From positions 1-39,569 of the forward strand of contig CADCQT010000027.1 in assembly GCA_902803645.1 (NCBI GenBank): a stretch of 39,569 nt of DNA, in the 5' to 3' direction. Source of the DNA: an uncultured Lachnospiraceae bacterium. Its GTDB lineage: Bacteria; Bacillota; Clostridia; Lachnospirales; Lachnospiraceae. This document shows, in pieces, positions 1-8,431 of this stretch. The notes beneath the pieces were generated by a model. The model ran no database searches and was not told the DNA's origin. It saw nothing but the letters and a program-made list of their open reading frames with translations. Each line of letters begins with the position of its first letter. Position 1 is the first letter of the stretch. Both the position numbers and the translations under genes were made by a program.

Positions 1-4
1 CGCC

Positions 5-574
5 TTACACCTCTACCTCAAGGTCTGCCTCTCGCTCCGCTTCTTCCTTGAATTCTTCCACCTGAACAGGGGAAAGGGAAGGCAGATCCGAAAGAGAATT
101 CACACCAAAACTTCGCAAAAACTGCTCTGTTGTCCCAAAAAGCATAGGACGACCCGGCGCGTCCATTCTCCCCACCTCTTCCACAAGCTCGTATTCCACC
201 AGCTTATTCACGGCGTGATCCGAAGAAACTCCACGGATCTTCTCGATTGCCGCCTTTGTGACCGGCTGCCTATAGGCAATGATGGACAGCGTCTCCAAGA
301 GTACATCTGTCAGCGCCACCTTCTTCGGCTGCTTCGCGATTCGAATCAGATAAGGGTAGGTCTCCTTGGAGGTGCACATCTGATAGGAATCTTCGAAACG
401 GACGATGGAGATTCCCCGTCCGCTTTCTTTGTATTCTGTTGCTAATTCATCACAGGCTGTCTTTATATCGGAAGGGTCCACCTCAAGGGCTGTCGCCATC
501 TTATCCACGGATACTGCCCCTCCCATGGTAAAAAGGACACCCTCCACCGCCTGTCTGATCTGTTGTTTCTCCAT
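5..574 (-). CDS. scpB: SMC-Scp condensin subunit ScpB
   Basis: 189 aa with LETLSIIAYRQPVT..IEKIRGV and GRPMLFGTTEQFL motifs; directly downstream of scpA. Confidence 0.95.
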   Translation of the reverse strand: MEKQQIRQAVEGVLFTMGGAVSVDKMATALEVDPSDIKTACDELATEYKESGRGISIVRFEDSYQMCTSKETYPYLIRIAKQPKKVALTDVLLETLSIIAYRQPVTKAAIEKIRGVSSDHAVNKLVEYELVEEVGRMDAPGRPMLFGTTEQFLRSFGVNSLSDLPSLSPVQVEEFKEEAEREADLEVEV

Positions 575-582
575 AACTTCCT

Positions 583-1347
583 CTATGCTGCTACCTTGGA
601 TTCGATCTCGATCTCTCCAAAAGTCTCTTCCTGTCTGGCATGAATCTGCCCGGTCTTCATCAGTTCAAGAACCGCCAAAAAGGTAACGATCACCTCAGTC
701 TTGGTCCTAGCACTTTCTAAGACCTTACGGAAGGAAAATCTCCGGTGTTCCCCTGCAAAGCGCAGAAGATCCCTAGTCTTTTCCTCCAGGGAGACCTCTT
801 CCTTACGGATAGAACCGAATCTGGAACGGATGGGATCCAGCCGGTTCTTCTGGCGCTTTAACACATCCTGGAAGATAGCATTCAGCTTCTCTAATGTGAT
901 GCCGGCAACCAACTCATCCGGATCCACAGGCACCTCATAGGCCGCCACTGCCTCGGGAATGGTAGGCTCCTTATAGAAGACCTCCTCTGCCATACACTGG
1001 CTGTCCCTAAGCTTCTCTGCAAAACACTTATACATCTTGTATTCCAGAAGCTGCTGAACCAGCTCAGCACGGGGGTCGATCTCCTCCTCTTCCTCATCTT
1101 CCACTACCGGCTTACGGGGAAGAAGCATCTTGGCCTTAATGGCCAACAAAGTAGATGCCATCACAAGGAATTCACTCATAATGTTAAGATCTGCCTTCTT
1201 CATCTCATCCAGATAAGCCATATACTGATCTGTGATCAGTGCAATGGGAATATCATAAATATTCACTTTATTCTTATCGATCAGGTGCAAAAGAAGATCC
1301 AAAGGGCCTTCAAACACCGGCAGCTTAATACTGAGCTTTTCTTCCAT
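583..1347 (-). CDS. scpA: Segregation and condensation protein ScpA (kleisin)
   Basis: FEGPLDLLLHLI N-terminus and VTFLAVLEL C-terminus; start trimmed to ATG of MEEKLS at 1347. Confidence 0.93.
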   Translation of the reverse strand: MEEKLSIKLPVFEGPLDLLLHLIDKNKVNIYDIPIALITDQYMAYLDEMKKADLNIMSEFLVMASTLLAIKAKMLLPRKPVVEDEEEEEIDPRAELVQQLLEYKMYKCFAEKLRDSQCMAEEVFYKEPTIPEAVAAYEVPVDPDELVAGITLEKLNAIFQDVLKRQKNRLDPIRSRFGSIRKEEVSLEEKTRDLLRFAGEHRRFSFRKVLESARTKTEVIVTFLAVLELMKTGQIHARQEETFGEIEIESKVAA

Positions 1348-1385
1348 ACAATCTACTCTCTTGATCAGCCCCGGGGCTGAGTGAA

Positions 1386-2042
1386 TTACAGGGTTGAATA
1401 TCCATAACCGTTTACTACGGCTTCGATGGGCACCTTCTTGGCACAGAAGGGACATTCACTCGGATGATATGCCGCATAACCGGGAAGGTCGTCCTCTGTA
1501 AACAGGGAGATGATCCTTTGTCCATCCACCTCTCTCATGGTAGAGAAGATGGAGGTGACACCGCTTACTCTTCCTCCGTAGTATCTTACACATTCCATCA
1601 TACGCCTCATGGTCTCACCGGTAGTCAGTGTCGCTGCCAAGATCAGAATATTCTTACCCTCGATGGCCAGGCGGTTATTCTGACGGAACATAAACTGATG
1701 AATGCTGTTCTCCTCCGGACGGATAATGTACATGGTGTCATGCTTATTGGTCATATGGAAACTTCCCTTTTCCAGTTCCTGCGCCAGGAAGCCTCCTAAA
1801 ACCTCGGTACCGTCAAGACATACGATGGTATCCACATCCTCCACCTGATGAAGGAGCTTCGCCCGAAGAGATGCCGCTGCATTCTCTGCCTCCTTGGCTC
1901 TTACCTTCAGCCTGGTAACATCAATATAGTAATTGATATGGGAATTGCTGGTTGCAAAATGTCCCTGCACCGCATTGATGGTAACGCTTCTGTCATCCTT
2001 AGAGTAGAACTTTGTCATTCGCTCTTGAATCTTATCTGTCAT
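1386..2042 (-). CDS. Phosphoribosyltransferase-fold protein (orotate PRTase-like) with degenerate PRPP motif
   Basis: GHF..SH.NYY.D N-terminal motif, ILILAATLTTGET in place of hhhhDDhhTTG, C-terminal CPFC; ATG at 2042 preceded by a GAGGGG RBS. Confidence 0.75.
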   Translation of the reverse strand: MTDKIQERMTKFYSKDDRSVTINAVQGHFATSNSHINYYIDVTRLKVRAKEAENAAASLRAKLLHQVEDVDTIVCLDGTEVLGGFLAQELEKGSFHMTNKHDTMYIIRPEENSIHQFMFRQNNRLAIEGKNILILAATLTTGETMRRMMECVRYYGGRVSGVTSIFSTMREVDGQRIISLFTEDDLPGYAAYHPSECPFCAKKVPIEAVVNGYGYSTL

Positions 2043-2100
2043 GTTCCCCTCCCTTTCTATGCCACACCCCGTAGCACTTTGAGTTTTTAGGTACGAACTG

Positions 2101-2129
2101 ATTGTACCATTTTTTGAACTACATGTCAC
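2101..2129 (-). promoter_or_regulatory. Putative sigma-A promoter for PRTase-scpA-scpB
   Basis: GTGACA-17 bp-TACAAT with extended TG on the minus strand. Confidence 0.55.
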
Positions 2130-2572
2130 TTTTTACCTGTAGAACCAAATCCACCCCTGGTCTTATTTCCTAAAGTCTCCACTTCTTCAAATTCCACCGT
2201 GGGCTGATGACGGAGAATCCGGAACTGACATACTCTGTCTCCTACCGAGATCTTCGTATCCCGCATAGCAAGAGCCGGCATCATGATCACATCATCATCC
2301 CCGCAGTAGGACTCATCCACCACACCGATGCTGTTGGTCTGGATCAGTCCGAAGTTTTTAAACGTGGAAGACCTGGGCGCAATGATCATCTCATACCCCC
2401 TGGGAAGTTCCACCGAAATCCCCAGGTCGATCAGAGCAAACTCCCCCTGCTTTAAGTCATAATCCTTTGCAGCGCGAAGATCAATCCAGTCACTTTTCCC
2501 ATCGATATATTCCAGATGGTCGATTTCTTTGCTATGATATTTGATTCGTATGGTCTCTTTTAATTGTTCCAT
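2126..2572 (-). CDS. dut: dUTP diphosphatase (trimeric dUTPase)
   Basis: DLRA, PRSS, GVVDESY and RGGFGSTG motifs. Confidence 0.93.
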   Translation of the reverse strand: MEQLKETIRIKYHSKEIDHLEYIDGKSDWIDLRAAKDYDLKQGEFALIDLGISVELPRGYEMIIAPRSSTFKNFGLIQTNSIGVVDESYCGDDDVIMMPALAMRDTKISVGDRVCQFRILRHQPTVEFEEVETLGNKTRGGFGSTGKK

Positions 2573-3570
2573 CCTACAGCCTCCATCTCTGTCTTCTTAT
2601 CCCGGTTCATAAGGTCATACATGGCGATCCGGGCTGACTTGCCCTCAAAGAGTACCTTGTTAACCTCAGAAATAATGGGAAGATCCATATGGTACTTCTT
2701 GCCCAGGGCAAGAGCCGCCTTGGCAGAATATACCCCTTCCACCACCATATGTACCTGCTCCATGGCCTCCTTCGGATCCACTCCCTGGCCAATAAGTTCT
2801 CCCGCCTTGTGATTTCGGCTGTGAACTGACTGACAGGTAACGATGAGATCACCGATTCCTGCAAGGCCGCTTAAGGTCTGGGGATTTCCCCCTGTGGCAA
2901 CCGCAAGAGCAGTGATCTCACGGATCCCTCTGGTAATAAGAGCCGCCCTTGTATTATCTCCGTTCCCAAGTCCGTCACTCATACCGGCGGCAAGGGCGAT
3001 AACATTCTTAAGAGATGCTCCCACCTCGATTCCCTGAAGGTCAGAACTGATATAGACTCTAAAATTCTCATTCATGAAAAATTCCTGCACCATAATGGCA
3101 AGCTTACGGTTCTTGGAACCTGCCACCACCACAGTAGGAAGATGACGGATCACCTCCTCTGCATGGGATGGCCCGGACAGAGCCGCAATCTTGGCCTTGG
3201 GCAGGATCTCCTCTATGATCTGGCTCTGGGTCATAAGGGTAGACTCTTCAATTCCCTTGGATACAGAAACAATGGCGATCTCCTCCGGACAGATGTCCTT
3301 AAGCTTTTCCGCCGTCTCTCGGGTGGCTGTAGAAGGAACCGCCAGGATCAGAAGGTCAGCTCCCGAAACCGCTTCCCTAAGATCCCAGGCAAAGGACAGA
3401 CTCTCCGGGAAAGTAAAGTCCTTTAATTTGTCACTCTTTCGTGTCCTCTGCATCTCCTCCGCCTGTTCTTTTTTATGAGACCAGAGCATCACCCTATGTC
3501 CGTTATCGCAAAGTAATGCAGCTAAGGCTCCGCCCCAGCTGCCAGCTCCTAACACGGTAATATTGGCCAT
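2560..3570 (-). CDS. gpsA: NAD(P)H-dependent glycerol-3-phosphate dehydrogenase
   Basis: GAGSWG, LSGPSHAEEV, LKNVIALAAG and GIGDLIVTC motifs; der-plsY-gpsA synteny. Confidence 0.96.
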   Translation of the reverse strand: MANITVLGAGSWGGALAALLCDNGHRVMLWSHKKEQAEEMQRTRKSDKLKDFTFPESLSFAWDLREAVSGADLLILAVPSTATRETAEKLKDICPEEIAIVSVSKGIEESTLMTQSQIIEEILPKAKIAALSGPSHAEEVIRHLPTVVVAGSKNRKLAIMVQEFFMNENFRVYISSDLQGIEVGASLKNVIALAAGMSDGLGNGDNTRAALITRGIREITALAVATGGNPQTLSGLAGIGDLIVTCQSVHSRNHKAGELIGQGVDPKEAMEQVHMVVEGVYSAKAALALGKKYHMDLPIISEVNKVLFEGKSARIAMYDLMNRDKKTEMEAVGWNN

Positions 3571-4227
3571 TTAAGCCTCCTTCTTACTGTGAAGTGAAAA
3601 TTTATTTTCGTTGCCATGATACAAACGTGAAATATTGCTGTGATGACGGGCAATAGCCAGTCCTCCCAGGAAAACAGAAAGGACAAAAGCCTCCATCATC
3701 GAACTTCCCTTGAAAAACAGCAGGTCAAAATGCCAAAACACCAGCACCTGAACAGGAAATGCTGCGGCGCACAGAATGGACCCGAGGGATACATATCCTG
3801 TCAGTACAAGAGCTATAGCAAAAAGCAGGAAGGAAAGGGGCAGACACTGGGGAAAACAGATAATAAAAAGTCCCATGCAGGTAGCAATCCCCTTGCCTCC
3901 CTTAAACTTCATAACAGCAGGGAAATCATGACCGATAACAGCCCCTGTGGCTGCATAGAGCATAACCAGGTGTGGGTCGGCTCCTGCTTTTTTTCCAAAG
4001 ATAAAATACATAATAACAGCAGGAACAATGGCCTTGGCCGCATCACAGAAAAGCGTCATAAGACCATAGAATTTGCCAAGTACCCGCAATGTATTTGTTG
4101 TTCCAATGTTACCGCTTCCCTGCTTGGTTATGTCCACATGGCGACTCTTTCCAAACAGATACCCTGACGGTATCATACCAAATACATAACCAACCAGAAA
4201 AGACAGGACTCTCACGCCAAGCGTCAT
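3571..4227 (-). CDS. plsY: Glycerol-3-phosphate 1-O-acyltransferase PlsY
   Basis: GSGNIGTTN, GHDFP, KGGKG and HHSNI motifs; hydrophobic protein. Confidence 0.95.
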   Translation of the reverse strand: MTLGVRVLSFLVGYVFGMIPSGYLFGKSRHVDITKQGSGNIGTTNTLRVLGKFYGLMTLFCDAAKAIVPAVIMYFIFGKKAGADPHLVMLYAATGAVIGHDFPAVMKFKGGKGIATCMGLFIICFPQCLPLSFLLFAIALVLTGYVSLGSILCAAAFPVQVLVFWHFDLLFFKGSSMMEAFVLSVFLGGLAIARHHSNISRLYHGNENKFSLHSKKEA

Positions 4228-5549
4228 GACTCTTCCTTTCTCTCCCTAACAATAAAGTGCAGTGCTGTTCCTCCAAAACCGAAGGTATCCCGGAAACGGT
4301 TCTCCAGATAACGCACATATGAAAAATGCATCAGTTTCTTATCATTGACAAAGATGACAAATGTAGGCGGCTTCACAGAGACCTGTGTCACATAGTAAAT
4401 CTTAAGCCGCTTACCCTTGTCCGTAGGAGGCTGCTGCATGGCAACCGCCTCTGCCACGATCTCATTGAGCACACCGGTGGCAACACGCATATTCTGATTC
4501 TGGATCACCATGTCAATGGTATCATAGATCTTCTGAATCCTCTGTCCTGTCTTGGCGGAAATATACAGGATCTCTGCATAAGCCAGGAAGGAAAGGATCT
4601 GACGAATCTTCTGGGCATGCTCCTTCTGGGTCTTATCGTTCTTCTCGATGGCATCCCATTTGTTCACAGCAATGATGATACCCTTGCCTCTGTCATGGGC
4701 AATACCGGCGATCTTGGCATCCTGCTCTGTCACACCCTCTGTGGCATCGATCATGATAATGACCACATCCGCCTTCTCAACAGCTGCCACAGCACGGATA
4801 ATGGAAAAGCGCTCCAGCTCTTCCTTGATCTTGTTCTTACGACGGATTCCTGCAGTATCCACAAAGATATATTCCTTGCCATGGTTCTTCACCCGGGAAT
4901 CCACAGCATCACGGGTGGTTCCCGCAATATCCGATACGATGACTCTGTCATCTCCCACAAGACGATTCACAAGAGAGGACTTCCCCACATTGGGCTTTCC
5001 TACAATGGCGATCCGGGGAGTATCATCTTCTGCCTCAGAGGCATTAGCCTGAGGAAAGTACTCTACCACCGCATCCAGAAAATCTCCGAATCCCAACTGG
5101 GAAGCAGCTGAGATCGGATGAGGATCTCCGATTCCAAGGTTATAGAATTCGTACACATCCGCCATCTGCTTATTAAAATCATCCACCTTGTTAACCGCCA
5201 GAATCACCGGCTTCTTGGAACGGCGGAGCATATCTGCCACCTTACCGTCTGCATCCACAAGTCCCTGCCTTACATCGGTAAGGAAAACGATCACATCTGC
5301 TGTATCGATTGCGATTTGGGCCTGTTCTCTCATCTGAGAGAGAATAATATCCGAGGAATCCGGCTCGATTCCACCGGTATCGATGAGGGTAAACTCATAG
5401 TTCAGCCAATCTACGTCTGCATAGATCCGGTCTCTTGTTACACCCGGTGTATCCTTGACGATGGAGATTCTCTCTCCTGCAAGGGCATTAAACAGGGTGG
5501 ACTTCCCCACATTGGGACGTCCCACCACTGCTACTACTGGTTTTGCCAT
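4224..5549 (-). CDS. der: Ribosome biogenesis double GTPase Der/EngA
   Basis: Two G domains (GRPNVGKS, GKPNVGKS; DTGG/DTAG) and a KH-like C-terminus. Confidence 0.98.
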   Translation of the reverse strand: MAKPVVAVVGRPNVGKSTLFNALAGERISIVKDTPGVTRDRIYADVDWLNYEFTLIDTGGIEPDSSDIILSQMREQAQIAIDTADVIVFLTDVRQGLVDADGKVADMLRRSKKPVILAVNKVDDFNKQMADVYEFYNLGIGDPHPISAASQLGFGDFLDAVVEYFPQANASEAEDDTPRIAIVGKPNVGKSSLVNRLVGDDRVIVSDIAGTTRDAVDSRVKNHGKEYIFVDTAGIRRKNKIKEELERFSIIRAVAAVEKADVVIIMIDATEGVTEQDAKIAGIAHDRGKGIIIAVNKWDAIEKNDKTQKEHAQKIRQILSFLAYAEILYISAKTGQRIQKIYDTIDMVIQNQNMRVATGVLNEIVAEAVAMQQPPTDKGKRLKIYYVTQVSVKPPTFVIFVNDKKLMHFSYVRYLENRFRDTFGFGGTALHFIVRERKEES

Positions 5550-5582
5550 TTAATCTACCTGCTCTTTCTTAAGTCGTGGTCA

Positions 5583-6923
5583 TCAGGATGTCTGCTTCCT
5601 GCCAAGGAAGGCATTGAGCAGATCCTGCCCACTGGATTTTACAACAGTAACAGGAACTTGTAAAGAATCCTGGACCTGTGTCAGTGTCATATCATCGAGC
5701 ATGACCTCTTCTCCGCTGCGAAGCATGTTCTGCGGAATCAGTACCCTTCCTCCCTTATCCGGAAGAGCGTTGATCTGCTCTGTCAGATCTTTTCCGGTGA
5801 TAAGACCGGAGACAGTGATCTTCTCTCCAAAATAATGATTGATGATGGCCACCACATCGATCTGGTATCTGGGATATTTTCTCATAAAATCCTCTGCCAT
5901 CATCTGAATAAAGGGCTTTGCAAGTACGCCGGTGGCAACGGTAAGATGCTCCTTCTTAAAGGGATGGGGCCCCTCCTTGGCAAGGGCTTCTGCAAACTCT
6001 GTCAAAAGAAGCCTTATCATTCCAACGCCGTTCTCCAACTGGATATAGCCGTCGTACACCTCTTCCTCAGGTAATGGAAGCTCCCCTAAAAGATACCATT
6101 CATCGGACGCCTGTACAAAATGAGTACCATATTTTTCATAGGCAATATTCTGCCACTTCTTAATGATTCCCACCACTTCCCTGGCATCTTCTCTGTTAAA
6201 GCTCTCCAAAGGATAAAGTCCTTCCCGGAATTTGGTAAGTCCCACAGGAACAATAGAAAGGGACTGCATCTGGGGATAGAAGGATAACAGATCGCCAATG
6301 GTCTTATCCAGCTGTTTGCCGTCATTTAATCCCTTGCATAAAACCACCTGGGAATTCATGGGAAGATCCGCCTCGGCGATCCGGGAGATCTTCTCTAGGA
6401 TATCTCCTGCGAAACGGTTATGCAGCATCTTCACCCGAAGCGCCGGATCTGTGGTATGCACAGAGATGTTAATGGGAGCCAGACGATAGTCGATAACTCG
6501 CTGCAAATCCTCCTCCTTCATATTGGTGAGGGTCACATAGTTACCCTGAAGGTAGGAAAGTCTGGTATCATCATCCTTGAAGTAGAGGGTCTCTCTCATA
6601 CCCTTTGGCATCTGATCAATAAAGCAGAAAACGCAGCCATTATGACAACTTCTGTAATTATCCAAAAGTCCGTTTTCGAAGGTAAGTCCCACGTCCTCAC
6701 CCTCATCCTTTTCGATATAATAGATCTGCTCTTCTCCGTCTTCATGGAGGATCAGAAGTTCCAGATCCCCGTTCTCTTCGTAGTAGTAGTAATCAAAAAT
6801 ATCATTTAATTCCTGCCCACCGGCTTTTAGCAGCACATCTCCCGGAAGAATCCCTGCCTCTTCGGCGATGGACCCCGGTCGTACCCCGCTGATGCGATGG
6901 GTGTTTTCTTTCTTCTCTAGCAT
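5583..6923 (-). CDS. PDZ + radical SAM-like Fe-S protein (DUF512 family)
   Basis: N-terminal PDZ-like segment (GSIAEEAGILPGD), CHNGCVFC = CxxxCxxC, KDDDTRLS and QLENGVG; position upstream of der. Confidence 0.88.
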   Translation of the reverse strand: MLEKKENTHRISGVRPGSIAEEAGILPGDVLLKAGGQELNDIFDYYYYEENGDLELLILHEDGEEQIYYIEKDEGEDVGLTFENGLLDNYRSCHNGCVFCFIDQMPKGMRETLYFKDDDTRLSYLQGNYVTLTNMKEEDLQRVIDYRLAPINISVHTTDPALRVKMLHNRFAGDILEKISRIAEADLPMNSQVVLCKGLNDGKQLDKTIGDLLSFYPQMQSLSIVPVGLTKFREGLYPLESFNREDAREVVGIIKKWQNIAYEKYGTHFVQASDEWYLLGELPLPEEEVYDGYIQLENGVGMIRLLLTEFAEALAKEGPHPFKKEHLTVATGVLAKPFIQMMAEDFMRKYPRYQIDVVAIINHYFGEKITVSGLITGKDLTEQINALPDKGGRVLIPQNMLRSGEEVMLDDMTLTQVQDSLQVPVTVVKSSGQDLLNAFLGRKQTS

Positions 6924-6924
6924 A

Positions 6925-7779
6925 TCACTTCTCCGTCAGCATGAGAAAAGCCGACATATTACCTCTTTTGCCCTTTGCTCCCCGATGAGAGAACAAAAGC
7001 TCCTTATTGCAACAGGTGCACAGGTTCCCACAGATCAGATGGTCTGCAGATATCCCGGCTTCTATCAGGATTCTTCGGTTTGCCTCTGTCAGATCCAAAT
7101 CATACTTTCCCTGTCCTCTTTCTCTTATAATGCCATCCAAACTGCCGGAGAAAGTGGCAGAAAAAGCATCTGCCACATCCTCTCCAATCTCATAGCAATC
7201 ACAACAGATACTAGGGCCGACGGCGGCATAAATATCCGCCGGCTCACAACCGAAGGCCCTATGCATAAGCTCAATGGTATTTCTTCCGATCCTGACAGCG
7301 GTTCCTCTCCAGCCGGAATGGGTCATACCGATCACCCTCTTCACCGGATCTGCAAAAAATAAAGGTGTGCAGTCCGCATGGGAGGTAGACAATAGAAGCC
7401 CCGGAGTATCTGTCACCATTCCGTCACAGCCTCCTAAGGTCCGCTCCCTAATGACCCCTTCTCCCGCATTGCTTCGGTCCACAAGCACCACTCTTCCGGT
7501 ATGTTCCTGGGAGATGGTTACGATATCCGAAGGCTTTTTTCCAAAATAGGCCGCTGCCCTCCGGTAGTTTTCCTCCACCTTTGCAGGATCATCTCCTCTT
7601 GTATAACTTAAATTCATGGAGGAAAGATATCCTTCAGAGACCCCTCCCGCCCTGGTGGTAAATCCGTGCCGGATAAAGGACAGCTTCTTCTCCCACTCTA
7701 GGAAGCCAAGATACAATGGCTCCTCTCCGTGGAGGGCATATATTTTTTCTTTGGAACGGTATGTCAACATATCAATCAC
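6925..7779 (-). CDS. pgeF: PgeF/YfiH/YlmD family (purine nucleoside phosphorylase / peptidoglycan editing factor)
   Basis: HGFTTRAGG, HADCTP, HSGWRG, GPSIC..CYE and FSHR motifs. Confidence 0.9.
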   Translation of the reverse strand: MIDMLTYRSKEKIYALHGEEPLYLGFLEWEKKLSFIRHGFTTRAGGVSEGYLSSMNLSYTRGDDPAKVEENYRRAAAYFGKKPSDIVTISQEHTGRVVLVDRSNAGEGVIRERTLGGCDGMVTDTPGLLLSTSHADCTPLFFADPVKRVIGMTHSGWRGTAVRIGRNTIELMHRAFGCEPADIYAAVGPSICCDCYEIGEDVADAFSATFSGSLDGIIRERGQGKYDLDLTEANRRILIEAGISADHLICGNLCTCCNKELLFSHRGAKGKRGNMSAFLMLTEK

Positions 7780-8128
7780 CAGTGTAGGGAAAGGCGTCCT
7801 TTATCAGGGTAAAGGCATCCCCTACGATACTTACTACATCAAAACGCATGGGCCGATCCAAGGGGATCTTCTCTTTCATCAAATAAACAGTAGCCGCATA
7901 GGAGATCTTCCTTTGCTTCTGCCATCCCACAGCCTCCTGGGGCCAGCCGCAGGAAGAATTCCTACGATACTTGACTTCCACAAAGCAAAGAACCTCTCCC
8001 TCCAGGGCCACCAAATCAATCTCGCCGTAACGGGTCCCGTAATTACAGGCCAGAATGCGATACCCCTTCTCTTCAAGGAAAAGAGCTGCCTGCCTCTCAT
8101 AGTCCCTGCCTGTTTGCCTCTTATTCAT
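7772..8128 (-). CDS. yraN: YraN (UPF0102) putative PD-(D/E)XK nuclease
   Basis: GEIDLVA, FVEVKYR and RFDV motifs. Confidence 0.92.
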   Translation of the reverse strand: MNKRQTGRDYERQAALFLEEKGYRILACNYGTRYGEIDLVALEGEVLCFVEVKYRRNSSCGWPQEAVGWQKQRKISYAATVYLMKEKIPLDRPMRFDVVSIVGDAFTLIKDAFPYTGD

Positions 8129-8430
8129 CGGCCCCTCTCTGGGAACTTATCTCCCAGCTTGGCGCGGACCTTATCCATTCCATCCACAAACACAAGGATC
8201 TGTGCTACCACTTCATACAACTCCGGAGGAATGGCATCCCCGATCTCAAGCTTCGAGAGCGTAGCTGCCAGGGCAGAGTCCTTGTAAAAGGGGACATTGG
8301 CTTCCTTTGCCTGTTCTATGATCTTATCTGCGACGGCACCCTTACCGGTGGCCAGGATCTTCGGAGCACTATCTCCCGGATCATAGGCTAAAGCCACCGC
8401 CGTTTTGCTTTTTTCCTGCTTTTCTGTCAT
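8125..8430 (-). CDS. Stand-alone FlhB C-terminal-like protein (YlqH/FlhX type)
   Basis: AVALAYD..APKILATGKG..IPPELYEVVAQIL matches the cytoplasmic domain of the EscU/YscU/FlhB family. Confidence 0.88.
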   Translation of the reverse strand: MTEKQEKSKTAVALAYDPGDSAPKILATGKGAVADKIIEQAKEANVPFYKDSALAATLSKLEIGDAIPPELYEVVAQILVFVDGMDKVRAKLGDKFPERGR

Positions 8431-8431
8431 A

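Noticed and set aside
583-1455. Longest-ORF starts for scpA and several others (PRTase, FliK-like, lepB2, khpA, ylxM, queT, glmM)
   Set aside because: The extensions overlap upstream genes or regulatory elements; downstream ATGs match the family N-termini and, in most cases, an RBS
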